Origin: Eledone cirrhosa
Taxonomy: Eukaryota
Length of the DNA: 64,000 bases
Assembly (NCBI GenBank): GCA_964016885.1
Contig: OZ024743.1
Span: 134,912,001-134,976,000, forward strand
Direction of reading: 5' to 3'
Shown here one piece after another: positions 29,901 through 46,000 of this stretch. Under the pieces are notes generated by a model. That model ran no database searches, was not told where the DNA came from, and worked only from the letters and a program-made list of their open reading frames with translations. How positions within the stretch are numbered: the first letter of the stretch is position 1; every line of letters starts with the position of its first letter. A program made the position numbers and the translations under genes.

Positions 29901-31029
29901 AGCACCAAACACCAAACACCAAGCACCAAGCACCTAGCACCAAATACCAAACACCAAGCACCAAGCACCAAACACCAAGCACCAATCACCAAGCACCAAA
30001 CACCAAGCAGCAAGCAGAAAGCACCAAACAACAAACACCAAGCACCAAGCACCAAACACCAAGCACCAAGGACCAAACACCAAACACCAAGCACCAAGCA
30101 CAAAACACCTAACACCAAGCACCAAGCACTAAACACCAAACACCAAGCACCAAGCACCAAACACCAAGCGCCAAAGACCAAACACCAAACAGCAAACACC
30201 AAACACCAAACAGCAAACACCAAACATGAAACAGCAAACACCATAGAGCAAACACCAAACACCAAACACCAAACACTAAACAGCAAACAGCAAACAGCAA
30301 ACACCAAGCACCAAACACCAAGTTTCAAGCACCAAACACCAAGCACCAAGCACCAAACACCAAACCCCAAGCACCAAGCACCAAACACTAAGCACAATGC
30401 ACCAAGCACCAAGCACTAAACACCAAGCACTAAGCACCAAGCACCAAGCACCAAGAACCAAAGACCAAGCACCAAGCACCAAACACCAAGCACCAAGCAC
30501 CAAGCATCGAACACCAAGCATCAAACACCAAACACCAAGCACCAAACACCAAGCACCAAACACCAAGCACCCAGCACCAAACACCAAGCACCAATCACTA
30601 AGCACCAAACACCAAGCACCAACCACCAAACACCAAGCACCAAACACCAAACACCAAGCACCAAGCACCAAGCACCAAACACCAAGCACCAAGCACCAAA
30701 CACCAAGCACCAAGCATCAAGCACCAAGCACCAAACACCAAACAGCAAACACCAAACACCAAACAGCAAACAGCAAACAGCAAACACCAAGCACCAATCA
30801 CCAAACAACAAGCACCAGGCACCAAGGACCAAACACCAAACACCAAGCACCAAGCACCAAACAACAAACACCAAGCACCAATCACCAAACACCAAGCACC
30901 AGAGACCAAACACTAAACAGCAAACACCAAACACCAAACACCAAACACCAAACACCAAACAGCAAACACCATACAGCAAACACCAAACACCAAAAAGCAG
31001 ACACCAAACAGCAAACACCAAACACCAAA

Positions 31030-34000
31030 CACCAAACAGCAAACAGCAAACACCAAACACCAAGCACCAAAACCAAGTACCAAGCACCAAGCACCAAGCA
31101 CCAAGCACCAAGAACAAACACCAAGCACCAAGCACCAAACACCTAGCACCAAGCACCAAGCCTCAAACACCAAGCATCAAACACGAAACACCAAACAGCA
31201 AGCAACAAGCACCAAACACCAAGCACCAAGCACCAAACACCAAGCAGCAAGCAGAAAGCACCAAACAACAAACACCAAGCACAAAGCACCAAACACCAAG
31301 CACCAAGGACCAAACACCAGACACCAAGCACCAAGCACCTAACACCTAACACCAAGCACCAAGCACCAAACAACAAACACCAAGCACCAAGCACCAAACA
31401 CCAAGCACCAGGCACCAAGCACCAAACACCAAGCACCAAGCACTAAACACCAAGCACCAAGCATAAAACACCAAGCACCAAACACCACACACCTAACACC
31501 AAGCACCAAGCACCAAGCACCAAACACCAAGCACCAAACACCAAACACCAAGCACCAAGCACCAAGCACCAAACACCAAGCACCAAGCACAAAACACCAA
31601 GCACCAAGCACCAAACACCTAACACCAAGCACCCAGCACCAAGCACCAAACACCAAGCACCAAACACCAAACACCAAGCACCAAGCACCAAACACCAAGC
31701 ACCAAACACCAAGAACCAAGCACCAAACACCAAGGACCAAGCACCAAGTACAAACACCAAGCACCAAGCACCAAACACCAAGCACCAAGCACCTAGCATC
31801 AAACACCAAGCATCAAACACCAAACACCAAACACCAAGCAACAAGCACCAAACACCAAGCACCAAGCACCAAGCACCAAACACCAAGCACCAATTACCAA
31901 GCACCAAACACAGAGCCCCAAGCACCAAGCACCATACACCAAACACGAAGCACCAAACACCAAGCACCAAGCACCTAGCACCAAACACCAAACACCAAGC
32001 ACCAATCACCAAGCACCAAACACCAAGCAGCAAGCAGAAAGCACCAAACAACAAACACCAAGCACCAAGCACCAAACACCAAGCACCATGGACCAAACAC
32101 CAAACACCAAGCACCAAGCACCAAACACCTAACACCAAACACCAAGCACCAAACACCAAGCACCAAAGACCAAACACCAAACAGCAAACACCAAACACCA
32201 AACAGCAAACACCAAACATGAAACAGCCAACACCATAGAGCAAACACCAAACACCAAAAAGCAGACACCAAACAGCAAACACCAAACACATAACACCAAA
32301 CACTAAACAGCAAACAGCAAACAGCAAACACCAAGCACCAAACACCAAGTTCCAAGCACCAAACACCAAACACCAAGCACCAAACACCAAACCCCAAGCA
32401 CCAAGCACCAAACACTAATCACAATGCACCAAGCACCAAGCACTAAACACCAAGCACCAAGCACCAAGCACTAAACACCAAACACCAAGGACGAAGCACC
32501 AAGCACCAAGAACCAAATACCAAGCACCAAGCACCAAACATCAAGCACCAAGCACCAAGCATCGAACACCAAGCATCAAACACCAAGCACCAATCACCAA
32601 GCACCAAACACCAAGCACCAACCACCAAACACCAAGCACCAAACACCAAACACCAAGCACCAAGAACCAAGCACCAAATACCAAACAACAAGCACCACGC
32701 ACCAAACACCAAACACCAAACACCAAGCACCAAATACCAAACACCAAACACCAAACACCAAGCACCAAGTACCAAACAACAAGCACCAGGCACCAAGCAC
32801 CAAACATCAAACACCAAGCACCAAGCACCAAACACCAAGCACCAAGCACCAAACACCAAGCACCAATCACCAAGCACCAAACACCAAACAGCAAACAGCA
32901 AACAGCAAACAGCAAACAGCAAACACCAAGCACCAATCACCAAACAACAAGCACCAGGCACCAAGGACCAAACACCAAACACCAAGCACCAAGCACCAAG
33001 CACCAAACACCAAACACCAAGCACCAAGCACCAAACACCAAGCACCAGAGACCAAACACCAAACAGCAAACACCAAACACCAAACAGCAAACACCAAACA
33101 CGAAACAGCAAACACCATACAGCAAACACCAAACACCAAAAAGCAGACACCAAACAGCAAACATCAAACACCAAACACCAAACACCAAACAGCAAACAGC
33201 AAACACCAAACACCAAGCACCAAACACCAAGTACCAAGCACCAAAAAACCAAGCACCAAACACCAAACACCAAGCACCAAGCACCAAACACTAATCACCA
33301 AGCACCAAGCACCAAACACCAAGCACCAAGCACCAAGCACCAAACACCAAGCACCAAAGACCAAGCACCAAGCACCAAGCACCAAACACCAAGCACCAAG
33401 CACCAAGCACCAAACACCAAGCACCAAACACCAACCACCCAGCACCAAGCACCAAGCACCAAACACCAAGCACCAAGCACCAAACACCAAACACCAAACA
33501 CCAAGCACCAAGCACCAAACACCAAGCACCAAGCACCAAACACCAAGCACAAAACACCAAACACCAAGCACCAAGCACCAAACACCAAGCACCAAACACC
33601 AAACACCAAGAACCAAGTACCAAACACCAAGCACCAAGCACCAAGCACCAAGTACAAACACCAAGCACCAAGCACCAAACACCAAGCACCAAGCACCAAG
33701 CATCAAACACCAAAAATCAAACACCTAACACCAAACACCAAGAACCAAACACCAAGCATAAAGCACCAAACACCAAGCAGCAAGCAGAAAGCACCAAACA
33801 ACAAACACCAAGCACCAAGCACCAAACACCAAGCACCAAGGACCAAACACCAAACACCATGCACCAAGCACCAAACACCTAACACCAAGCACCAAGCACC
33901 AAACACCAAACACCAAGCACCAAGCACCAAACACCGAGCACCAGGCACCAAGCACCAAACACCAAGCACCAAGCACCAAACACCAAGCACCAAGCACAAA

Positions 34001-37000
34001 ACACCAAGCACCAAGCACCAAACACCTAACACCAAGCACCAAGCACCAAGCACCAAGCACCATGCACCAAACACCAAACACCAAGCACCAAGCACCAAAC
34101 ACCAAGCACCAAACACCAAGAACCAAGCACCAAACACCAAGCACCAAGCACCAAGCACCAAGCACCAAACACCAAGCACTAAGCACCAAGCACCAAGTAC
34201 AAACACCAAGCACCAAACACCAAGCACCAAGCATCAAGCATCAAACACCAAGCATCAAATACCAAACAGCAAGCACCAAGCACCAAACACCAAACACCAA
34301 GCACCAAGCACCAAGCATCAAACACCAAACACCAAACACCAAGCACCAAGCACCCAGCACGAAGCACCAAACACGAAGCACGCAGCACCAAACACCAAGC
34401 ACCAAGCACCAAACACCAAGCACCAAGCACCAAACACCAAACACCAAACACCAAGCACCAAGCACCAAGCACCAAACAGCAAACAGCAAACACCAAACAC
34501 CAAGCACCAAAACCAAGTACCAAGCACCAAGCACCAAGCACCAAGCACCAAGAACAAACACCAAGCACCAAGCACCAAACACCTAGCACCAAGCACCAAG
34601 CCTCAAACACCAAGCATCAAACACCAAACACCAAACAGCAAGCAACAAGCACCAAACACCAAGCACCAAGCACCAAACACCAAGCAGCAAGCAGAAAGCA
34701 CCAAACAACAAACACCAAGCACAAAGCACCAAACACCAAGCACCAAGGACCAAACACCAGACACCAAGCACCAAGCACCTAACACCTAACACCAAGCACC
34801 AAGCACCAAACAACAAACACCAAGCACCAAGCACCAAACACCAAGCACCAGGCACCAAGCACCAAACACCAAGCACCAAGCACTAAACACCAAGCACCAA
34901 GCATAAAACACCAAGCACCAAACACCACACACCTAACACCAAGCACCAAGCACCAAGCACCAAACACCAAGCACCAAACACCAAACACCAAGCACCAAGC
35001 ACCAAGCACCAAACACCAAGCACCAAGCACAAAACACCAAGCACCAAGCACCAAACACCTAACACCAAGCACCCAGCACCAAGCACCAAACACCAAGCAC
35101 CAAACACCAAACACCAAGCACCAAGCACCAAACACCAAGCACCAAACACCAAGAACCAAGCACCAAACACCAAGGACCAAGCACCAAGTACAAACACCAA
35201 GCACCAAGCACCAAACACCAAGCACCAAGCACCTAGCATCAAACACCAAGCATCAAACACCAAACACCAAACACCAAGCAACAAGCACCAAACACCAAGC
35301 ACCAAGCACCAAGCACCAAACACCAAGCACCAATTACCAAGCACCAAACACAGAGCCCCAAGCACCAAGCACCATACACCAAACACGAAGCACCAAACAC
35401 CAAGCACCAAGCACCTAGCACCAAACACCAAACACCAAGCACCAATCACCAAGCACCAAACACCAAGCAGCAAGCAGAAAGCACCAAACAACAAACACCA
35501 AGCACCAAGCACCAAACACCAAGCACCATGGACCAAACACCAAACACCAAGCACCAAGCACCAAACACCTAACACCAAACACCAAGCACCAAACACCAAG
35601 CACCAAAGACCAAACACCAAACAGCAAACACCAAACACCAAACAGCAAACACCAAACATGAAACAGCCAACACCATAGAGCAAACACCAAACACCAAAAA
35701 GCAGACACCAAACAGCAAACACCAAACACATAACACCAAACACTAAACAGCAAACAGCAAACAGCAAACACCAAGCACCAAACACCAAGTTCCAAGCACC
35801 AAACACCAAACACCAAGCACCAAACACCAAACCCCAAGCACCAAGCACCAAACACTAATCACAATGCACCAAGCACCAAGCACTAAACACCAAGCACCAA
35901 GCACCAAGCACTAAACACCAAACACCAAGGACGAAGCACCAAGCACCAAGAACCAAATACCAAGCACCAAGCACCAAACATCAAGCACCAAGCACCAAGC
36001 ATCGAACACCAAGCATCAAACACCAAGCACCAATCACCAAGCACCAAACACCAAGCACCAAGCACCAAACACCAAGCACCAAGCACCAAACACCAAGCAC
36101 AAAACACCAAACACCAAGCACCAAGCACCAAACACCAAGCACCAAACACCAAACACCAAGAACCAAGTACCAAACACCAAGCACCAAGCACCAAGCACCA
36201 AGTACAAACACCAAGCACCAAGCACCAAACACCAAGCACCAAGCACCAAGCATCAAACACCAAAAATCAAACACCAAACACCAAACACCAAGAACCAAAC
36301 ACCAAGCATAAAGCACCAAACACCAAGCAGCAAGCAGAAAGCACCAAACAACAAACACCAAGCACCAAGCACCAAACACCAAGCACCAAGGACCAAACAC
36401 CAAACACCATGCACCAAGCACCAAACACCTAACACCAAGCACCAAGCACCAAACACCAAACACCAAGCACCAAGCACCAAACACCGAGCACCAGGCACCA
36501 AGCACCAAACACCAAGCACCAGCACCAAACACCAAGCACCAAGCACAAAACACCAAGCACCAAGCACCAAACACCTAACACCAAGCACCAAGCACCAAGC
36601 ACCAAGCACCATGCACCAAACACCAAACACCAAGCACCAAGCACCAAACACCAAGCACCAAACACCAAGAACCAAGCACCAAACACCAAGCACCAAGCAC
36701 CAAGCACCAAGCACCAAACACCAAGCACTAAGCACCAAGCACCAAGTACAAACACCAAGCACCAAACACCAAGCACCAAGCATGAAGCATCAAACACCAA
36801 GCATCAAATACCAAACAGCAAGCACCAAGCACCAAACACCAAACACCAAGCACCAAGCACCAAGCATCAAACACCAAACACCAAACACCAAGCACCAAGC
36901 ACCCAGCACGAAGCACCAAACACGAAGCACGCAGCACCAAACACCAAGCACCAAGCACCAAACACCAAGCACCAAGCACCAAACACCAAACACCAAACAC

Positions 37001-37020
37001 CAAGCACCAAGCACCAAGCA
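31030..37020. repeat. HOR block D: 3440-bp unit, second copy lacking 890 bp internally
   Basis: 31143/34583, 31443/34883 and 31975/35415 differ by 3440. After ~36050 the offsets drop to 2550/2549 (33713/36263, 34062/36611). Confidence 0.9.
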
Positions 37021-40000
37021 CCAAACACCAAACACCAAGCACCAGACACCAAGCAGCATGCACCAAACAACAAACACCAAACACCAGGCACCAAGCACCA
37101 ATCACCAAACAACAAGCACCAAGCACCAAGATCCAAACACCAAACACCAAGCACCAAGCAGCAAACAACAAACACCAAGCATCAAACACCAAGCACCAAA
37201 GACCAAAGACCAAAGACCAAACAGCAAACACCAAACACCAAAAACCAAACACCAAGCACCAAGCACCAATCACAAAACAACAAGCACCAGTCACCAAGCA
37301 CCAAACACCAAACACCAAGCACCAAACACCAAGCACCAAAGACCAAACACCAAACAGCAAACACCAAATACAAAACAGCAAACACCAAACACGAAACAGC
37401 AAACACCATACAGCAAACACCAAACACCAAACACGAAACAGCAAACAGCAAACACCAAACACCAAGCACCAAACACCAAGTACCAACCAACAAACACCAA
37501 GCACCAAGCACCAAACACCAAACCCCAAGCACCAAGCACCAAACACTAATCACCAAGCACCAAGCACCAAACACCAAACACCAAGCACCAAAGACCAAGC
37601 ACCAAGCACCAAACACCAAGCACCAAGCACCAAGCACCAAACACCAAGCACCAAGCACCAAACACCAACCACCCAGCACCAAGCACCAAGCACCAAACAC
37701 CAAGCACCAAGCACCAAACACCAAGCACCAAGCACCAAACACCAAACACCAAACACCAAGCACCAAGCACCAAACACCAAGCACCAAGCACCAAACACCA
37801 AGCACCAAACACCAAACACCAAGCACCAAGCACCAAACACCAAGCACCAAACACCAAACACCAAGAACCAAGTACCAAACACCAAGCACCAAGCACCAAG
37901 CACCAAGTACAAACACCAAGCACCAAGCACCAAGCACCAAACACCTAACACCAAGTACCAAGCACCAAACACCAAACACCAAGCACCAAGCACCAAACAC
38001 CAAGCACCAGGCACCAAGCACCAAACACCAAGCACCAAGCACCAAACACCAAGCACGAAGCACAAAACACCAAGCACCAAGCACCAAACACCTAACACCA
38101 AGCACCAAGCACCAAGCACCAAGTACCAAACACCAAACACCAAGCACCAAGCACCAAACACCAAGCACCAAACACCAAGAACCAAGCACCAAACACCAAG
38201 CACCAAACACCAAGCACCAAACACCAAGCACCAAGCACCAAGAACCAAACACCAAGCACTAAGCACCAAGCACCAAGTACAAACACCAAGCACCAAACAC
38301 CAAGCACCAAGCATCAAGCATCAAACACCAAGCATCAAATACCAAACACCAAGCACCAAGCACCAAACACCAAACACCAAGCACCAAGCACCAAGCATCA
38401 AACACCAAACACCAAACACCAAGCACCAAGCACCCAGCACGAAGCACCAAACACGAAGCACGCAGCACCAAACACCAAGCACCAAGCACCAAACACCAAG
38501 CACCAAGCACCAAACACCAAACACCAAACACCAAGCACCAAGCACCAAGCACCAAACACCAAACACCAAGCACCAGACACCAAGCAGCATGCACCAAATA
38601 ACAAACACCAAACACCAAGTACCAAGCACCAATCACCAAACAACAAGCACCAAGCACCAAGATCCAAACACCAAACACCAAGCACCAAGCACCAAAGACC
38701 AAACACCAAACAGCAAACACCAAATACAAAACAGCAAACACCAAACACGAAACAGCAAACACCATACACCAAACACAAAACAGCAAACAGCAAACACCAA
38801 ACACCAAGCACCAAACACCAAGTACCAAGCACCAAACACCAAGCACCAAGCACCAAACACCAAACCCCAAGCACCAAGCACCAAACACAAATCACCAAGC
38901 ACCAAGCACCAAACACCAAACACCAAGCACCAAAGACCAAGCACCAAGCACCAAACACCAAGCACCAAGCACCAAGCACCAAACACCAAGCACCAAGCAC
39001 CAAACACCAACCACCCAGCACCAAGCACCAAGCACCAAACACCAAGCACCATGCACCAAACACCAAGCACCAAACACCAAGCACCAAGCACCTAGCACCA
39101 AAAACCAAACCCAAGCACCAAACACCAAGCACCAAACACCAAGCACCATGCACCAAACACCAAGCATGCAGCACCAAACACCAAGCACCAAGCACCAAAC
39201 ACCAAGCACCACGCACCAAACACCAAACACCAAACACCAAACACCAAGCACCAAACACCAAACCCCAAGCACCAAGCACCAAACACTAATCACAATGCAC
39301 CAAGCACCAAGCACTAAACACCAAGCACCAAGCACCAAGCACTAAACACCAAACACCAAGGACCGAGCACCAAGCACCAAGAACCAAATACCAAGCACCA
39401 AGCACCAAACACCAAGCACCAAGCACCAAGCATCGAACACCAAGCATCAAACACCAAGCACCAATCACCAAGCACCAAACACCAAGCACCAACCACCAAA
39501 CACCAAGCACCAAACACCAAACACCAAGCACCAAGAACCAAGCACCAAATACCAAACACCAAGCACCTCGCACCAAACACCAAACACCAAACACCAAGCA
39601 CCAAACACCAAACACCAAACACCAAACACCAAGCACCAAGTACCAAACAACAAGCACCAGGCACCAAGCACCAAACATCAAACACCAAGCACCAAGCACC
39701 AAACACCAAGCACCAAGCACCAAACACCAAGCACCAATCACCAAGCACCAAACAGCAAACAGCAAACAGCAAACAGCAAACAGCAAACACCAAACACCAA
39801 GCACCAAACACCAAGTACCAACCACCAAACACCAAGCACCAAACACCAAACACCAAGCACCAAACACTAATCACCAAGCACCAAGCACCAAACACCAAGC
39901 ACCAAGCACCAAGCACCAAATAACAAGCACCAAAGACCAAGCACCAAGCACCAAGCACCAAACACCAAGCACCAAGCACCAAGCACCAAACACCAAGCAC

Positions 40001-43000
40001 CAAACACCAACCACCCAGCACCGAGCACCAAGCACCAAACACCAAGCACCAAGCACCAAACACCAAACACCAAACACCAAGCACCAAACACCAAGCACCA
40101 AGCACCAAACACCAAGCAGCAAACACCAAACACCAAGCACCAAGCACCAAACACCAAGCACCAAACACCAAACACCAAGAACCAAGTACCAAGCACCAAG
40201 TACAAACACCAAGCACCAAGCACCAAACACCAAGCACCAAGCACCAAGCATCAAACACCAAGCATCAAACACCAAACACCAAACACCAAGAACCAAACAC
40301 CAAGCATAAAGCACCAAACACCAAGCAGCAAGCAGAAAGCACCAAACAACAAACACCAAGCACCAAGCACCAAACACCAAGCACCAAGGACCAAACACCA
40401 AACACCATGCACCAAGCACCAAACACCTAACACCAAGCACCAAGCACCAAACACCAAACACCAAGCACCAAGCACCAAACACCAAGCACCAGGCACCAAG
40501 CACCAAACACCAAGCACCAAGCACCAAACACCAAGCACCAAGCACAAAACACCAAGCACCAAGCACCAAACACCTAACACCAAGCACCAAGCACTAAGCA
40601 CCAAGCACCAAACACCAAACACCAAGCACCAAGCACCAAACACCAAGCACCAAACACCAAGAACCAAGCACCAAACACCAAGCACCAAACACCAAGCACC
40701 AAACACCAGGCACCAAGCACCAAGCACCAAACACCAAGCACTAAGCACCAAGCACCAAGTACAAACACCAAGCACCAAACACCAAGCACCAAGCATCAAG
40801 CATCAAACACCAAGCATCAAATACCAAACACCAAGCACCAAGCACCAAACACCAAACACCAAGCACCAAGCACCAAGCATCAAACACCAAACACCAAACA
40901 CCAAGCACCAAGCACCCAGCACGAAGCACCAAACACGAAGCACGCAGCACCAAACACCAAGCACCAAGCACCAAACACCAAGCACCAAGCACCAAGCACC
41001 AAACACCAAGCACCCTGCACCAAGCACCAAACACCAAGCACTAAGCACCATACACAACACACCAAGCACCAAACACCAAACACCAAGCACCAAGCACCAA
41101 AAAAAAACACCAAGCACCAAGCACCAAACACTAAACACCAAGCACCAAACTCCAGACACCAAACACCAAGCACCAAACACCAAACACCAAGCACCATGCA
41201 CCAAGCACCAAACACCAAACAGCAAACAGCAAACTCACAACAGCAAACAGCAAACACCAAACACGAAACATCAAACACCATACAGCAAACACCAAACACC
41301 AAAAAGCAGACACCAAACAGCAAACAGCAAACAGCAAACAGCAAACAGCAAACACCAAGCACCAAGCACCAAACACCAAACACCTAGCACCAAGCAGCAA
41401 ACACCAAACACCAAGCACCAAACACCAAGCAAAAAACACCAAACACCAAACACCAAGCACCAAGCACCAAACATCAAGCACCAGGCACCAAGCACCAAAC
41501 ACCAAACACCAAGTACCAAGCACCAAACACCAAGCACCAAGCACCAAACACCAAACAGGAAACAGCAAACAGCAAACAGCAAACACCAAACACCAAACAG
41601 CAAACACCAAACAGCAAACACCAAACAGCAAACACCAAACACCAAACACCAAACACCAAGCACCAAGCACCAAGCACCAAACACCAAACACCAAGCACCA
41701 AACACCAAGCACCAAGCCCCAAGCGACAAACACCAAGCACCAAGCACCATGCACCAAACACCAAGCACCAAGCACCAAACACCAAGCACCAAACACCAAA
41801 CACCAAGCACCAAACACCAAGCACCAAGCACCAAGCACCAAGCACCAAACCCGAAGCACCAAGCTCCAAGCACCAAACACCAAGCTCCAAACACCAAACA
41901 CCAAGCACCATGCACCAAGCACCAAACACCAAACACCAAGCACCAAGCACCAAACACCAAACACCAAACACCAAGCACTAAACACCAAACACCAAACACC
42001 AAACACCAAGCTCCAAGCACCAAAGAACAAGTACCAGGCACCAAACACCAAACACCAAGCACCAAACGCCAAGCACCAAACACCAAGCACCAAGCACCAA
42101 GCACCAAACACCAAACGGCAAACACCAAACACCAAACAGCAAACAGCAAACACCAAGCACCAATCACCAAACAACAAGCACCAGGCACCAAGCACTAAAC
42201 ACCAAACACCAAGCACCAAGCACCAAACACCAAACACCAAGCACCAAGCACCAAGCACCAAGCACCAAAGACCAAACACCAAACAGCAAACACCAAACAC
42301 GAAACAGCAAACACCATACAGCAAACACCAAACACCAAACACGAAACAGCAAACAGCAAACACCAAACACAAAGCACCAAACACCAAGTACCAAGCACCA
42401 AACACCAAGCACCAAGCACCAAACACCAAACCCCAAGCACCAAGCACCAAACACCTAACACCAAGCACCAAGCACTAAGCACCAAGCACCAAACACCAAA
42501 CACCAAGCACCAAGCACCAAACACCAAGCACCAAACACCAAGAACCAAGCACCAAACACCAAGCACCAAACACCAAGCACCAAACACCAGGCACCAAGCA
42601 CCAAGCACCAAACACCAAGCACTAAGCACCAAGCACCAAGTACAAACACCAAGCACCAAACACCAAGCACCAAGCATCAAGCATCAAACACCAAGCATCA
42701 AATACCAAACACCAAGCACCAAGCACCAAACACCAAACACCAAGCACCAAGCACCAAGCATCAAACACCAAACACCAAACACCAAGCACCAAGCACCCAG
42801 CACGAAGCACCAAACACGAAGCACGCAGCACCAAACACCAAGCACCAAGCACCAAACACCAAGCACCAAGCACCAAGCACCAAACACCAAGCACCCTGCA
42901 CCAAGCACCAAACACCAAGCACTAAGCACCATACACAACACACCAAGCACCAAACACCAAACACCAAGCACCAAGCACCAAAAAAAAACACCAAGCACCA

Positions 43001-46000
43001 AGCACCAAACACTAAACACCAAGCACCAAACTCCAGACACCAAACACCAAGCACCAAACACCAAACACCAAGCACCATGCACCAAGCACCAAACACCAAA
43101 CAGCAAACAGCAAACTCACAACAGCAAACAGCAAACACCAAACACGAAACATCAAACACCATACAGCAAACACCAAACACCAAAAAGCAGACACCAAACA
43201 GCAAACAGCAAACAGCAAACAGCAAACAGCAAACACCAAGCACCAAGCACCAAACACCAAACACCTAGCACCAAGCAGCAAACACCAAACACCAAGCACC
43301 AAACACCAAGCAAAAAACACCAAACACCAAACACCAAGCACCAAGCACCAAACATCAAGCACCAGGCACCAAGCACCAAACACCAAACACCAAGTACCAA
43401 GCACCAAACACCAAGCACCAAGCACCAAACACCAAACAGGAAACAGCAAACAGCAAACAGCAAACACCAAACACCAAACAGCAAACACCAAACAGCAAAC
43501 ACCAAACAGCAAACACCAAACACCAAACACCAAACACCAAGCACCAAGCACCAAGCACCAAACACCAAACACCAAGCACCAAACACCAAGCACCAAGCCC
43601 CAAGCGACAAACACCAAGCACCAAGCACCATGCACCAAACACCAAGCACCAAGCACCAAACACCAAGCACCAAACACCAAACACCAAGCACCAAACACCA
43701 AGCACCAAGCACCAAGCACCAAGCACCAAACCCGAAGCACCAAGCTCCAAGCACCAAACACCAAGCTCCAAACACCAAACACCAAGCACCATGCACCAAG
43801 CACCAAACACCAAACACCAAGCACCAAGCACCAAACACCAAACACCAAACACCAAGCACTAAACACCAAACACCAAACACCAAACACCAAGCTCCAAGCA
43901 CCAAAGAACAAGTACCAGGCACCAAACACCAAACACCAAGCACCAAACGCCAAGCACCAAACACCAAGCACCAAGCACCAAGCACCAAACACCAAACGGC
44001 AAACACCAAACACCAAACAGCAAACAGCAAACACCAAGCACCAATCACCAAACAACAAGCACCAGGCACCAAGCACTAAACACCAAACACCAAGCACCAA
44101 GCACCAAACACCAAACACCAAGCACCAAGCACCAAGCACCAAGCACCAAAGACCAAACACCAAACAGCAAACACCAAACACGAAACAGCAAACACCATAC
44201 AGCAAACACCAAACACCAAACACGAAACAGCAAACAGCAAACACCAAACACAAAGCACCAAACACCAAGTACCAAGCACCAAACACCAAGCACCAAGCAC
44301 CAAACACCAAACCCCAAGCACCAAGCACCAAACACTAATCACCAAGCACCAAGCACCAAACACCAAACACCAAGCACCGAAGACCAAGCACCAAGCACCA
44401 AACACCAAGCACCAAGCACCAAACACCAAGCACCAAGCACCAAACACCAACCACCCAGCACCAAGCACCAAGCACCAAACACCAAGCACCAAGCACCAAA
44501 TACCAAACACCAAACACCAAGCACCAAGCACCAAACACCAAGCACCAAGCACCAAACACCAAGCCCCAAGCACCAAGCACCTTACACCAAACACCAAGCA
44601 CCAAACACCAAGCACCAAGCACCTAGCACCAAAAACCAAACCCAAGCACCAAACACCAAGCACCAAACACCAAACACCAAGCACCAAGCACCAAACACCA
44701 AGCATGCAGCACCAAACACCAAGCACCAAGCACCAAGCACCAAACACCAAGCACCACGCACCAAACACCAAACACCAAACACCAAACACCAAGCACCAAA
44801 CACCAAACCCCAAGCACCAAGCACCAAACACTAATCACAATGCACCAAGCACCAAGCACTAAACACCAAACACCAAGGACCAAGCACCAAGCACCAAGAA
44901 CCAAATACCAAGCACCAAGCACCAAACACCAAGCACCAAGCACCAAGCATCGAACACCAAGCATCAAACACCAAGCACCAATCACCAAGCACCAAACACC
45001 AAGCACCAACCACCAAACACCAAGCACCAAACACCAAACACCAAGCACCAAGAACCAAGCACCAAATACCAAACACCAAGCACCTCGCACCAAACACCAA
45101 ACACCAAACACCAAGCACCAAACACCAAACACCAAACACCAAACACCAAGCACCAAGTACCAAACAACAAGCACCAGGCACCAAGCACCAAACATCAAAC
45201 ACCAAGCACCAAGCACCAAACACCAAGCACGAAGCACCAAACACCAAGCACCAATCACCAAGCACCAAACACCAAACAGCAAACAGCAAACAGCAAACAG
45301 CAAACAGCAAACAGCAAAAACCAAGCACCAATCACCAAACAACAAGCACCAGGCACCAAGGACCAAGCACCAAGCACCAAACACCAAACACCAAGCACGA
45401 AGCACCAAACACCAAGCACCAGAGACCAAACACCAAACATCAAACACCAAACACCAAAAAGCAGACACCAAACAGCAAACATCAAACACCAAACACCAAA
45501 CACCAAACAGCAAACAGCAAACACCAAAAACCAAGCACCAAACACCAAGTACCAAGCACCAAACACCAAGCACCAAGCACCAAACACCAAGCACCAAGCA
45601 CCAAACACTAATCACCAAGCACCAAGCACCAAACACCAAGCACCAAGCACCAAGCACCAAACACCAAGCACCAAACACCAAGCACCAAGCACCAAACACC
45701 AAGCACCAAGCACCAAACACCAAGCACCAAACACCAAACACCAAGCACCAAGCACCAAACACCAAGCACCAAACACCAAACACCAAGAATCAAGTACCAA
45801 ACACCAAGCACCAAGCACCAAGCACCAAGTACAAACACCAAGCACCAAGCACCAAACACCAAGCACCAAGCACCAAGCATCAAACACCAAGCATCAAACA
45901 CCAAACACCAAACACCAAGAACCAAACACCAAGCATAAAGCACCAAACACCAAGCAGCAAGCAGAAAGCACCAAACAACAAACACCAAGCACCACGCACC

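Noticed and set aside
41099-41107. A9 tract as a retroelement poly(A) tail
   Set aside because: There is no element body or target-site duplication, and it aligns to a mutated monomer.
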